Positions 1 to 9,666 of a stretch of 64,000 nt of DNA are shown piece by piece. The stretch is from a virus. Lineage: Duplodnaviria > Caudoviricetes. The notes under the pieces are model-generated. The model searched no databases. It saw only the letters and a program-made list of their open reading frames with translations, and was not told where the DNA came from. Every line of letters starts with the position of its first letter. Within the stretch, counting starts at the first letter, position 1. The translations under genes and the position numbers were made by a program. The stretch is taken from positions 64,959 to 128,958 of the IMG/VR virus record IMGVR_UViG_3300006143_000333; one strand, written 5' to 3'.

Positions 1-8
1 TTGCATTT

Positions 9-2444
9 ATGGGTGTAATGGAATTTTCAGAACCAATTATGATTATGGTGGTTCTTGGTATTGTAACTGGAATTGCTGTAAAAACAGGATTGGGTGTACA
101 GAAATCGGCCGCAGAATTAAGAGCAAAAACATCAATTCGATATTGTGATGTTATTCGTGATGGAAAAGTAGAAACAATTAATAAGGATGATATTGTAGTT
201 GGTGATTTGGTTTGTCTAGGAATGGGGCAAGAGATATTCGCTGATGGTTATATTGTAGAAGGAAAGATTTCTGTAAATAACGCTGCAATAAATGGAGAAA
301 GCAAAGAATGTAAAAAGTACCCAGTGGAGGGATATATTCATAAAAAAACAACATCTACAGATGCATATACAAATGAAAACTGTCTATTTGCAGGAACTAC
401 AGTAATGGCCGGTGAGGGGAAGATGGTTGTAACAGATGTTGGAATTAATACCATTAATGGAGACACAATGGTTAAAATGCAGACATTGGAATCACCTAAG
501 ACAGCATTAGATATTGCACTTGATAATTTGAGTGAATTTATCTCAAAATGGGGAACAATCGCATCAATTTTAACATTTGTTATCCTTACTGTATCAGGAA
601 TTGTAGAAGTTGGATTTAGCGAATATTTTGCAGATAGTCCATTTAATATTATTCAAAAATTTGCACAAAATTTTTCGGTAGCATTAACAATCATTGTAGC
701 TGCAGTTCCAGAAGGACTTCCATTAATTGTAAAACTTGTAACTAAACAAAATGTTAAAACAATGGAACAATTTAATATTTTGGCAAAAAATCCAAATAAA
801 ATTCCAGAATTAGCCTATGTAGATATTATTTGCACTGACAAAACAGGGACCTTAACAACAGGAGTTATGAGTCCAAAAACAATTGTAAGTGGAGAAGGGA
901 AGGAAGTTGATCGAAATTCTCCTCTTTGGAGCGAAATTGAAAAGAATATTATATTAAACAATAGTGCAACGTTTGACAACAAAAATAATATTACAGGCGG
1001 CAATTCAATTGATAGAGCTATACTTTCTCTTGTGAAAAATGAAGAGTATTTATCTGTTTTGAACAATAATAATATGAAGGACAAGCAGGTATTTAACAGT
1101 TCTAATAAGTATTCAGCTTTTACTTCTGAAAATGGGACTACATATTACAAAGGGGCTCCTGAAAAATTGATTGATTCTTGCACAAGAGTTATGAAAAATG
1201 ATGGATCGATATGTGATTTAACGTCCACAATGAAGAAGAGTATAGATGAGACTATTAGAACAATGACATCGAAGTCAATTAGGTGTATTGCTTTAGCCAT
1301 GAAAAACGAAGATTTAATTGAAAATATACTGCCGTCAAAAATGACATTACTTGGAATTATTGGTGTAGTTGATCCTGTAAGAGTAGAAGTACCAAATGCC
1401 GTAAAAGTTGCGCATAAAGCGGGTATTCAGGTAATTGAAGTTACTGGAGATTGTATCGAAACAGCTATTTCAGTAGCAAGAGAATGTGGAATTTTTGAAG
1501 AAGGCGATGTGGCTTTAACAAATAATGAATTTGAAACAATGACAGATGAAGAAGTAAAGGATATAATACCTTCCCTAAGAGTGATTTCAAGATGTTCTCC
1601 AAATACAAAACTTAGGCTTGTAACATTAGCGCAGGAAATCGGTAAGTCTGTAGCAATGACAGGAGATGGTGTAAATGATTCTCCGGCATTAAAGAGATCA
1701 GACGTTGGATTCGGAATGCAGAGTGGAAGTGATGTAGCGAAAGAAGCAAGTGACATTGTATTGACTGATGATAACTTTGCTTCAACAGTAAAAGCAGCAG
1801 AGCTTGGTAGGACGTTTATGCATAACATCATGATGTTCCTAGAATTTCAATTACCAATTAATATTTCACTTTTGATTTTAAGCATTGTATACCCGATGTT
1901 GTCTGCGGGAGCGTCTATATTAGCATCAGTTCAGATTTTAATTGTAAACATTATTATGGATTCTCTTAATTCACTTTCTTTTGGTGGAGAACCTCCAAAA
2001 GAAGAATATATGAGTGAGAAACCTATTAAAAAAGGATCAGGTTTGTTTATTAGAGGGGCAAAAGAAAGAATTGCAATAAGTACGTGTTCTTTTATCGCTG
2101 TTTACGGGATACTTACAATTTCTCCAATTAAATGCATATTTACATCGGAATTGGAAAGCTTGACGGCCAGATTTGCTCTCTTATGTTTCATGGCAGTATT
2201 TAATGGTTTCAATATTAGAACAGAACATATGAATTTGCTTAGTGGATTGAGCAGCAATAAATTATTTACAAAAATTGCTTTGGGAATTTTTATAGGAACG
2301 ATGGCAGTTTGTACGTTTATGGGAAATCTTGTTAAGGTTAGTTCATTAAATATCGTTCAATGGATGGTCATAATTGGACTAGGATTTATTGTGATTCCAA
2401 TTGATATATTAAGAAAATATATTACAAAAAGAAAAAAGAATTAA
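9..2444 (+). CDS. P-type cation (Ca2+-type) transporting ATPase, 5' end probably outside the window
   Basis: DKTGTLT phosphorylation motif, PEGL, TGD and GDGVND motifs, NGES variant of TGES, multiple TM segments. Confidence 0.93.
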   Translation: MGVMEFSEPIMIMVVLGIVTGIAVKTGLGVQKSAAELRAKTSIRYCDVIRDGKVETINKDDIVVGDLVCLGMGQEIFADGYIVEGKISVNNAAINGESKECKKYPVEGYIHKKTTSTDAYTNENCLFAGTTVMAGEGKMVVTDVGINTINGDTMVKMQTLESPKTALDIALDNLSEFISKWGTIASILTFVILTVSGIVEVGFSEYFADSPFNIIQKFAQNFSVALTIIVAAVPEGLPLIVKLVTKQNVKTMEQFNILAKNPNKIPELAYVDIICTDKTGTLTTGVMSPKTIVSGEGKEVDRNSPLWSEIEKNIILNNSATFDNKNNITGGNSIDRAILSLVKNEEYLSVLNNNNMKDKQVFNSSNKYSAFTSENGTTYYKGAPEKLIDSCTRVMKNDGSICDLTSTMKKSIDETIRTMTSKSIRCIALAMKNEDLIENILPSKMTLLGIIGVVDPVRVEVPNAVKVAHKAGIQVIEVTGDCIETAISVARECGIFEEGDVALTNNEFETMTDEEVKDIIPSLRVISRCSPNTKLRLVTLAQEIGKSVAMTGDGVNDSPALKRSDVGFGMQSGSDVAKEASDIVLTDDNFASTVKAAELGRTFMHNIMMFLEFQLPINISLLILSIVYPMLSAGASILASVQILIVNIIMDSLNSLSFGGEPPKEEYMSEKPIKKGSGLFIRGAKERIAISTCSFIAVYGILTISPIKCIFTSELESLTARFALLCFMAVFNGFNIRTEHMNLLSGLSSNKLFTKIALGIFIGTMAVCTFMGNLVKVSSLNIVQWMVIIGLGFIVIPIDILRKYITKRKKN

Positions 2445-2456
2445 AGGAGGAAACAA

Positions 2457-3221
2457 ATGGGATTATTTGAAAAATTGTTTGGTAGAAAGGATTCTCAGAT
2501 GGTGGTGCATGATAGTACCGCCACACCAGTAGCATTACAGAATTTAGAAAATGTAACAATTGATATGTCAAAGTCGGCCAAAAGCCTAAACAAGGTTCTA
2601 ATTGATATGTCGAAAACAAGTAAGATTGATATGTCAAAGCATACTGCAAGAGTTGCATTGGCTATGGATTATTCAGGAAGTATGAGTGAGCTGTTTAATA
2701 ATGGTTCTGTCCAGGATACAATTACAAGGCTTTTACCAATAGCATTGAAGTTTGATGACAATGGTGAATTAGAATCTTGGTTATTTTCAAATAGTATGAA
2801 GCGCCTTGAAGCAGTTGATATTAATAATTATAAGAATTATGTAAGAAAAGTGATGATGAGATCAGGTATGAGTATGGGAGGGACCAGTTATGCACCAGTT
2901 TTAAAAGATATTGTCTCATATTATAAGGATATTGAACCAAGTGAAATCCCAGCTTTTATTATCTTTATAACAGATGGAGAAAATTGGGATACCGAAGAGA
3001 CAAACAGAATTATTAGAGAATTATCTAATTACAATATGTTTGTTCAGTTTATTGGTATTGGAAATGAAAGTTTTGATTATTTACGTTCTTTAGATGATAT
3101 GAAAAGACGCAAGTATGATAATACAGGATTTACAGCAGTAAAAGATATGAATAGGATGAGTGATGAAGAGCTATATAGTGAAATTTTAAGACAATATAAA
3201 GATTGGTTAAACAGTAAATAA
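2457..3221 (+). CDS. vWA-domain protein (Ter-associated type)
   Basis: MIDAS DYSGSM, GGTSY and FITDGE motifs; adjacent to TerD. Confidence 0.85.
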   Translation: MGLFEKLFGRKDSQMVVHDSTATPVALQNLENVTIDMSKSAKSLNKVLIDMSKTSKIDMSKHTARVALAMDYSGSMSELFNNGSVQDTITRLLPIALKFDDNGELESWLFSNSMKRLEAVDINNYKNYVRKVMMRSGMSMGGTSYAPVLKDIVSYYKDIEPSEIPAFIIFITDGENWDTEETNRIIRELSNYNMFVQFIGIGNESFDYLRSLDDMKRRKYDNTGFTAVKDMNRMSDEELYSEILRQYKDWLNSK

Positions 3222-3242
3222 TTGAAAATGGAGGGTTAAATA

Positions 3243-3881
3243 ATGGCAGTAATTAATATGAGTAAGAATCAAAAGATTAGTATGGCAAAAGAAGATGGAA
3301 GTGCAATTAAAAATATCTTTATTGGAGTTAATTGGGATGAGAATCGTTTTGCAGGAGAGTCAGATATTGATTTTGATATCCATGGGATGTTAACTAATTC
3401 GGATAGAAAAGTGGCTTATCCTAAAGATATTGTAAATTATAATACTTATGGAAATGGTACTGATTATCCATGGATTGAGTTTTCAGGAGATAATCGAACA
3501 GGTGACGATTCACAGGGAATTAATTTTAATGGTAAACATTATGATGAATTTTTTATTATTCATGCAGACAAGTTTCCTAAAGAAAGAACAAATTTTACAG
3601 TGTGCTTAACTATTTTTAGAGCAATACAGAGATTGCAAAATTTTGGGATGGTGAGCAATGCCAAAATGATAATTTGTGATTACGATAATCCTAAAGGATT
3701 TGCTGCAGAGTATGATTTGTCTGAAGAAGAAAAATTTACAGATTTGAATGCAGTAGAAATGGGGCGTTTATACCGTTATGGTGATGGATTTAAGTTTCAG
3801 GCTATAGGTTCAGGTTACGTGGGAGGTACGACAGAACTTTTTAAGAATTTTGGCCTGGATATTGATGAAGGAAGGGATTAA
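3243..3881 (+). CDS. terD: TerD-family stress protein
   Basis: GVNWD, DFD, SGDNRTG, QNFGMVSNA and GRLYR..FKFQAIGSG TerD signatures. Confidence 0.85.
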   Translation: MAVINMSKNQKISMAKEDGSAIKNIFIGVNWDENRFAGESDIDFDIHGMLTNSDRKVAYPKDIVNYNTYGNGTDYPWIEFSGDNRTGDDSQGINFNGKHYDEFFIIHADKFPKERTNFTVCLTIFRAIQRLQNFGMVSNAKMIICDYDNPKGFAAEYDLSEEEKFTDLNAVEMGRLYRYGDGFKFQAIGSGYVGGTTELFKNFGLDIDEGRD

Positions 3882-3882
3882 T

Positions 3883-4620
3883 ATGATAAATTTACTAATT
3901 ATTTCAATTTTTGTTTGTATTGTTGGAGGAATACTACTTTTTTCTAAAGTGGGTAAAAGAATAAGGTTAAGGGCTTCTGGAACTGCAGATGAATTGATTT
4001 CAAGGGACGCTTCTACTCCGGAAGGGTCCAAAGCATATTATAATACCGCCATAACAGCGAAAGAAAATGATTATCAAAAAGCTTATTCTATCTACACACA
4101 AATGCTAGGGAAAATTCAAACCTATGAAGAGCAATTAAGAAGTTTACAGAAAGAGAATATGCAGTTAAATCTCAATATCAATACCTGTGTTGATAAGAAT
4201 GATGACGAAGGTGCAAAGGTTTATTTAAAACGACAACAGGAAGTAAATGAAAAAGTAGATATTATTAAAAATGTTTTAAAAGAACTTAAGTCTAATTCTG
4301 TCCTGCAAAAAGAGACTGTAGATAATATTTTTGCTGAGTTAGGAGATTTGAAATCAGAAAAAGAAAATGCAATCCTAACACTTGAAACAGCACAGGTCAC
4401 TAAGTCATTACAAGCAACACCTGGTATTTCGTCCAAAGAAGAAGATAAAATGTTAGAAAAAGTAAGAGATGGAATCCGTAAAACCAAAGAAGAAGCTGAT
4501 GGGAATAAAGTTGCTTATGAGAATTCTTCAACTGTTCAGCAAATGCGTCTTGATAAACGTATGAAAGATGAGGAAGTGGATCAAAAGTTACAGGAATTAA
4601 AAGCAAATAGAAAGAAATGA
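3883..4620 (+). CDS. PspA/IM30-like coiled-coil protein with N-terminal TM helix
   Basis: N-terminal hydrophobic helix, long coiled coil ending VDQKLQELK; Ter context; ATG at 3883. Confidence 0.55.
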   Translation: MINLLIISIFVCIVGGILLFSKVGKRIRLRASGTADELISRDASTPEGSKAYYNTAITAKENDYQKAYSIYTQMLGKIQTYEEQLRSLQKENMQLNLNINTCVDKNDDEGAKVYLKRQQEVNEKVDIIKNVLKELKSNSVLQKETVDNIFAELGDLKSEKENAILTLETAQVTKSLQATPGISSKEEDKMLEKVRDGIRKTKEEADGNKVAYENSSTVQQMRLDKRMKDEEVDQKLQELKANRKK

Positions 4621-4733
4621 TTTTGAATTTTATTGTGTGCAGTATTTTATGACTACACACAATATATTCTTAGAAAAATATTAAATGATTTGGAACCTGT
4701 AAATAATCGAAAGTTTATAAAAGGAGACCAAAG

Positions 4734-4958
4734 ATGAAAAAGATTAAACTTTCCCCAGCACCACATACAGTGATGATACTTCATGTGTCGGATCAGATGG
4801 AAAAAGATATGGAAGAATGTCATGCGAAAGCTTTGCATAAGGGGCAAGATTGTGACAAGTGCAGTTGGAAAGATGTGGAGCCGTATGGGGTAGATATGTG
4901 TGGTATTGGCGAAGTGGTAAATAAAGTGCTGTTTGATGTTGGCGATCCATTAGATTAA
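4734..4958 (+). CDS. hypothetical protein (CxxC)
   Basis: RBS aaggag and open ORF. Confidence 0.65.
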   Translation: MKKIKLSPAPHTVMILHVSDQMEKDMEECHAKALHKGQDCDKCSWKDVEPYGVDMCGIGEVVNKVLFDVGDPLD

Positions 4959-4974
4959 AAGTTAGTGGCAAGGA

Positions 4975-5700
4975 GTGAAATTAAATATGTATTATGATGA
5001 TTATTATGACGAGGACTACGAGCCTACGCCGGAAGAAATGGAGGAACAGGACGGAATGGATAATACGGAAGTAAAGATGGAGAGAGAAAATCTGAAAATA
5101 GAATTCAACACGGAAAATTTTGCGGCTGGAATTATGCAGGTCGTAGCATCAGAGGTCAAGAAGAATCTATATAGCGAAATCGTGAGTGAGATCAAGAGAG
5201 AGGTCCTGGAGGATATTCAGAAGAAGATTCAGTGTGCAACCGGCGATATCATTAAGGATATTGTACAGGATTTCATGGTTAATGAGAAAATTTGCATTGG
5301 TGGTTCCAATGTCTGGGATGATGAACCGAAAGAAGAGCTTACATTGTTCCAGTATGCGAAGCGATGCGTAAAGGATTGTATTGAAAACAATAGATTCCGG
5401 ATCGTTAAGAACTTTGAGAAGGACAGGTACAATAAGGGGCGGTACAGAGCGGAAACGAAGGAATATACATTTGAAGAGTATCTTCTGCAGCACCTTGGAA
5501 TTGATGATGAGGTGAAAAGCTATCTGGATAAGCAGGTGGATGAAGTTCGCCAGCAGGTAAATCGTGATGTGAAGGCGGCATTTGATGAAAGCACGAAGGC
5601 GATGCTGTCCAATGCGGTATTGCAGGTTCTTATGGCAAATGATACTTATAAAAAGATTGAAGGAAATATTGCCTGCATAGCAGACAGGCCGCAGGAGTAA
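4975..5700 (+). CDS. hypothetical acidic protein with visibly GC-richer codons
   Basis: 241 aa ORF. Confidence 0.75.
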   Translation: MKLNMYYDDYYDEDYEPTPEEMEEQDGMDNTEVKMERENLKIEFNTENFAAGIMQVVASEVKKNLYSEIVSEIKREVLEDIQKKIQCATGDIIKDIVQDFMVNEKICIGGSNVWDDEPKEELTLFQYAKRCVKDCIENNRFRIVKNFEKDRYNKGRYRAETKEYTFEEYLLQHLGIDDEVKSYLDKQVDEVRQQVNRDVKAAFDESTKAMLSNAVLQVLMANDTYKKIEGNIACIADRPQE

Positions 5701-5737
5701 AGAGAGAGTATGGGGGTGAGTAAGGGGAAATTCCCTC

Positions 5738-5896
5738 TCACTCTCCACCAGGACCATCACGACGTGGCACTTCATCTGGAATTATATTTTCGGCATCGGT
5801 TGTCTTTGGAAGATCAACCTCTGGAATATTGTCATCGTCATAATCGTCATTGGAGTAAGGATTTATTGTTGGTAAATTTGTTTTACTACTTTTCAT
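5738..5896 (-). CDS. 52-aa acidic small protein (MKSSKTNLPT...EVPRRDGPGGE), absent from ORF track
   Basis: Hand translation of - strand; RBS gaaaggag upstream; hairpin at ~5712-5746. Confidence 0.7.
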   Translation of the reverse strand: MKSSKTNLPTINPYSNDDYDDDNIPEVDLPKTTDAENIIPDEVPRRDGPGGE

Positions 5897-5986
5897 GCGT
5901 ACACACTCCTTTCATAGGTAGTGTTTGTATAAGTGAAAAAAATATGTATAGATATTAAAGGAAATTTTAAGTAGGAGGTGAAAAAC

Positions 5987-6112
5987 ATAGATAATCGTTG
6001 GAAAGTACAAATAGCTGCGTGGATCACGACTGCGATAGGAGTTATTGCAGGAGTATATTTTACGAAGTCACCTACATGCTTGTGGGCATTTTTATTACCG
6101 TTATGGTGTTGA
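5987..6112 (+). CDS. 41-aa membrane peptide, ATA start
   Basis: SD aggaggtg, then ATA GAT AAT CGT TGG; hydrophobic; stop abuts next RBS. Confidence 0.6.
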   Translation: MDNRWKVQIAAWITTAIGVIAGVYFTKSPTCLWAFLLPLWC

Positions 6113-6125
6113 AGGAGCTGAGACT

Positions 6126-6422
6126 ATGAAATTGATGGAAGAAAAAATACAAGATGTGTTAATCGAAATATTAAAAGAGTTTGGCATTCCTGAAAATTTT
6201 TATTCTCTTGGAGGATATGCAGAAGAAACAGTTTGTCTTGAAAAGAAAGGGGACACTTGGATTGTATATGGTGGTGAAAGAGGGCAAAAGCATAATGTAA
6301 TAACACATATAAATTGTAAAAGTGCTTGTCTTGATCTTTTAAGCAGACTTGCAGAAACAAGAGTTGAAGAGGAAAGGATGAAGATCTTTTTCGAAATAAA
6401 ATGCAAAAAGATAGAAGAATAA
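6126..6422 (+). CDS. hypothetical protein, possible Imm59-like immunity protein
   Basis: YSL..EETVCLEK..WIVYGGERG pattern; RBS aaggag. Confidence 0.45.
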   Translation: MKLMEEKIQDVLIEILKEFGIPENFYSLGGYAEETVCLEKKGDTWIVYGGERGQKHNVITHINCKSACLDLLSRLAETRVEEERMKIFFEIKCKKIEE

Positions 6423-6468
6423 ATATAGATGAAAAATCTGTTTCATCGCAGGAGGTGATTTAGAGTGT

Positions 6469-6711
6469 ATGTTACAAACCTTTGAAGAAATGTGTGATAG
6501 CGAAGAGATTTGTAGTTATTGCTCTCATACAGAATATGGAGAATATAAGTCTGGTGTTACACCAAATGGATATTGGAGTTGTGAGGGTAGTTGGTGTAAA
6601 GACGCATATGAAGATTATTTAGATGAGAATGGAACAACAGATAATATTGTAAAATATGCAAGTGTTGTTAAATTGGTAAACAGGGAGGAATTTAATGGGA
6701 ACACCACTTAA
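6469..6711 (+). CDS. hypothetical Cys-rich protein
   Basis: SD aggaggtg; CxxC. Confidence 0.7.
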   Translation: MLQTFEEMCDSEEICSYCSHTEYGEYKSGVTPNGYWSCEGSWCKDAYEDYLDENGTTDNIVKYASVVKLVNREEFNGNTT

Positions 6712-7297
6712 ATTTGAGTTTGATTTTGATGAAGTATTTGAAGGAATCAAACAGGGTGTAATAAGAGAATTGTCAGAAACAAATTTTGATGAAGCCAAAG
6801 AATCAGCTATAAATCAGATTAAAAGTGAAGTAAAAGAAAAGCTGGCTCTTACATATAGTGATGAATATGCTTTAAAGGATGAAATTAAAAAGGAAATAAA
6901 AGAGAGAGTATTTGATAAACTTATTAAAGATATTGATGACAAATATTTAGAACAGTTTGAAGGTTACATAGAGTCACAGTTGACAAAGAATCCTGACAGA
7001 TTGGAGCAGTTAAAAAGAGAAATTAAAGATGGGTTGACTGAAAATCTATATGATGATTTATATCATTCTATTAAAGAAGAAGTGATTGGACAAGTTAGAG
7101 AAACGACTACTCAGTTATGTAATTTGATTGGTGGTAACAGTGTTAAAGCAGAGGGTTCTGATAGAACAATTTCTAAAAAGGAATATGAAGAGTTGATGGA
7201 TAGAAATAGAAAACTCAGTGCTTTAGAGGCTGGCGGTGTAGATAACTGGGAATGGTATAGTGAGTCTTTAAGTCAGTATTATGATGAAGAAGAATAA
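6695..7297 (+). CDS. hypothetical protein with C-terminal LEAGGVDNWEWY phage motif
   Basis: SD ggagg; conserved-looking C-terminus. Confidence 0.75.
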   Translation: MGTPLKFEFDFDEVFEGIKQGVIRELSETNFDEAKESAINQIKSEVKEKLALTYSDEYALKDEIKKEIKERVFDKLIKDIDDKYLEQFEGYIESQLTKNPDRLEQLKREIKDGLTENLYDDLYHSIKEEVIGQVRETTTQLCNLIGGNSVKAEGSDRTISKKEYEELMDRNRKLSALEAGGVDNWEWYSESLSQYYDEEE

Positions 7298-7315
7298 ATA
7301 AAAGAAAAATAGTAC

Positions 7316-7361
7316 AGAAAGGAACAAAGGTGCTGCAGCCGTGAGATGATCATACCTTTCT
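7316..7361 (+). promoter_or_regulatory. Leader element E1 (SD/anti-SD stem enclosing GCTGCAGC and ATGATCAT)
   Basis: agaaagg...cctttct stem; same layout as 8751 and 15451. Confidence 0.6.
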
Positions 7362-7373
7362 GGGTAAAGAAAA

Positions 7374-8261
7374 ATATTTGAGAATAATAATTATGAATTA
7401 TGGCAAGGTGATTGTTTGGAATTGATGAATGATATTCCTGATAAAACTATAGACGCAATAATAACGGATCTTCCTTTTGGGCAGACTGCTAGGAATGTTT
7501 GGGATATAGTAATTCCATTTAATGACTATATAAACTTAGAAGTCAGAAGGAAGCCAAAAATATTTTATAAAGATGATTTTCTTTTATGGTGTTATAAACA
7601 AGGAGAGACAGATTATAACGGAGCAGTTACATATTTTGAAGAAAATAAATCTATAGGATTGTGGACTCAGTATAAAAGAATTATCAAAGATAATGGTGCA
7701 ATTATTTTATTTGCAAATGGTATGTTTACTGCCGATCTTATGGAAAGCAATAGAGAGATGTGGAGGTACAATCTTGTCTGGGAGAAAACTCAACCTACAG
7801 GGTTTCAAAATGCTAATAGGATGCCAATGAGAAATCATGAGGATATGTGTGTATTCTATAAGAAACAACCAACATATAATCCTCAAAAAACAAGTGGTCA
7901 TATCAGAAAAGTTAGTACAGCTTCACACAAAAGAAATAGTAAGCAATCAACAAACTACAACGAAATCAAAAATCATACATATGACAGTACAGAAAGATTT
8001 CCTAAGTCAGTTTGGCTATTCGCCAAAGATACCCAAAAGTGTGCATTAACTCCAACTCAAAAGCCAGTAGCATTAGTAGAAGAAATTATTAAAACTTATA
8101 CTAATGAAGGTGATACTGTGTTTGATTCGACTGCTGGTAGTATGACAACTGGAGTAGCTGCTATTCGGACAGGTAGGAAGTGTATTTGTATTGAGAATAA
8201 CGAAGAGATATTTAATATCGGTAAAAATAGAATTACGGAATGTGTGAAAGAGAATAAATAA
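7374..8261 (+). CDS. N6-adenine/N4-cytosine DNA methyltransferase (beta class), probable ATA start
   Basis: YELWQGDCLELM N-terminus, TDLPF catalytic motif, PTQKP, FDSTAGSMTTG SAM motif; frame opens after TAA at 7365. Confidence 0.9.
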   Translation: MFENNNYELWQGDCLELMNDIPDKTIDAIITDLPFGQTARNVWDIVIPFNDYINLEVRRKPKIFYKDDFLLWCYKQGETDYNGAVTYFEENKSIGLWTQYKRIIKDNGAIILFANGMFTADLMESNREMWRYNLVWEKTQPTGFQNANRMPMRNHEDMCVFYKKQPTYNPQKTSGHIRKVSTASHKRNSKQSTNYNEIKNHTYDSTERFPKSVWLFAKDTQKCALTPTQKPVALVEEIIKTYTNEGDTVFDSTAGSMTTGVAAIRTGRKCICIENNEEIFNIGKNRITECVKENK

Positions 8262-8425
8262 AAGTATTCCGAAATGTTTTTTTAAGGACTATTGGATAGA
8301 GGTATTTCTAATGCCTTATGTATACGAGTTTGTCTATATAGAATGGGTGTGATATCCAATAGAAAGCCAATTTTATTGCAAGAAAATAAGGCAATCCGAT
8401 GACTGCCTTACCCTCTTAATGAACA

Positions 8426-8590
8426 CTACTTCTTATGTTTCTTCTTTTTGGACTTTGTGTTAATCTCAAAATCTTTGTATTTAATATGTAAGTTCCTGAG
8501 AACAAAGCCACTTACCAACACCAAGATTGATAGTGCCAAAATGACACAAGTAGGTGTCTGAAAAAGTTGAATGATAGATGAGATATTCAT
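8426..8590 (-). CDS. 54-aa single-TM basic-tail protein (antisense moron)
   Basis: RBS aaggagg; own promoter; hairpin at ~8384-8412. Confidence 0.7.
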   Translation of the reverse strand: MNISSIIQLFQTPTCVILALSILVLVSGFVLRNLHIKYKDFEINTKSKKKKHKK

Positions 8591-8640
8591 AGGCGCCTCC
8601 TTTTCAGGAGGAAAAATTAGCTTAATGTGTTCGTAAATAT

Positions 8641-8670
8641 AATTATAACACAAGTGACTAAAATAGTAAA
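8641..8670 (-). promoter_or_regulatory. sigma-A-like promoter TTTACT-17-TATAAT with extended TG
   Basis: Reverse complement reads tttact attttagtcacttgtgt tataat. Confidence 0.6.
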
Positions 8671-8750
8671 GAAATAGCAATGAAAATTTCGATTCATTGG
8701 TAGTTTAAAAGTAGAAGTAACAATTAAGCATGTGCGAAAAGTAATCAAAC

Positions 8751-8796
8751 AGGAGGAAATGAGGTTTCTGCGCAGAATAAATCATGATTTACTCCT
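8751..8796 (+). promoter_or_regulatory. Leader element E2 (SD/anti-SD stem enclosing CTGCGCAG and ATCATGAT)
   Basis: aggag...ctcct; aligns without gaps to E3. Confidence 0.7.
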
Positions 8797-8804
8797 AAAG
8801 TTAT

Positions 8805-9644
8805 TTGAAAGAAGAAAAGTACATAAAAAGTCCACTTAATTATGTGGGTGGAAAGCATAAATTGTTAAAAGAAATATTACCGCTATTCCCAAAGGATATT
8901 CACACGTTTGTTGATTTATTTGGAGGCGGATTTAATGTTGGTGTGAATGTAGAAGCAGAACATATTATTTATAACGATATATGTGAACCAGTAGTAAAAT
9001 TCCTAAGATGCCTATCTGGAAGCGATATTGATAAAATTCTTGCTGAAATTGATAAATACATAGAAAAATACAACCTAACAAAAGAAAATAAGGAAGGATA
9101 TTTGCAACTTAGAGAAGATTATAATAAAGGAACTAAATCCGCAATGAAGTTTTATACATTGCTTTGTTATGCATTTAATAATCAAATACGTTTTAACAAA
9201 AATGGCGATTATAATATGCCATTTGGTAAAGATAGGAGTAGTTTTAATCCTGCATTAAGACAGAAATTTATTGATTTTCATAAAAGGATTAATGTAATAG
9301 ACTGTGTATTTATAAATATTCCATTTGAAAGGTTTGATTTTTCGGAATTAGATAGCAAAGATTTTGTATATTGTGATCCGCCATACTTCAATAGTGTAGC
9401 AACTTATAACGAGCAGAACGGTTGGACTGAAGAACATGAAAAGAAATTGTTGTCTGTATTAGATGTGTTAAATGAAAAAGGCGTTAGATTTGCATTAAGC
9501 AATAATCTTAAATATGAAAATCCACTTTTGGATGAATGGAAAAATAAGTATAACATTCACTATTTGAATGGTAATTATAGCAATTGTAATTATCAAAAGA
9601 AAGATAAGAGTCAAGATATAGAAGTGTTAATTACGAATTATTAG
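8805..9644 (+). CDS. Dam/D12-class DNA adenine methyltransferase
   Basis: SPLNYVGGK, FVDLFGGG and YCDPPY motifs. Confidence 0.92.
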   Translation: MKEEKYIKSPLNYVGGKHKLLKEILPLFPKDIHTFVDLFGGGFNVGVNVEAEHIIYNDICEPVVKFLRCLSGSDIDKILAEIDKYIEKYNLTKENKEGYLQLREDYNKGTKSAMKFYTLLCYAFNNQIRFNKNGDYNMPFGKDRSSFNPALRQKFIDFHKRINVIDCVFINIPFERFDFSELDSKDFVYCDPPYFNSVATYNEQNGWTEEHEKKLLSVLDVLNEKGVRFALSNNLKYENPLLDEWKNKYNIHYLNGNYSNCNYQKKDKSQDIEVLITNY

Positions 9645-9666
9645 TCTTAAAACATCGGTTTCAAAG

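Noticed and set aside
4632-4672. Single NrdR-like box
   Set aside because: No partner box; better explained as one arm of the attgtgtg/cacacaat hairpin
5710-5958. 82-aa His-rich + strand ORF in the track
   Set aside because: Shadow of the - strand 52-aa gene, which has the clear RBS
8759-8839. Leader ORF MRFLRRINHD... inside E2
   Set aside because: Only 2 nt from the SD, and the ATG is not conserved in E3 (ACG) or E1
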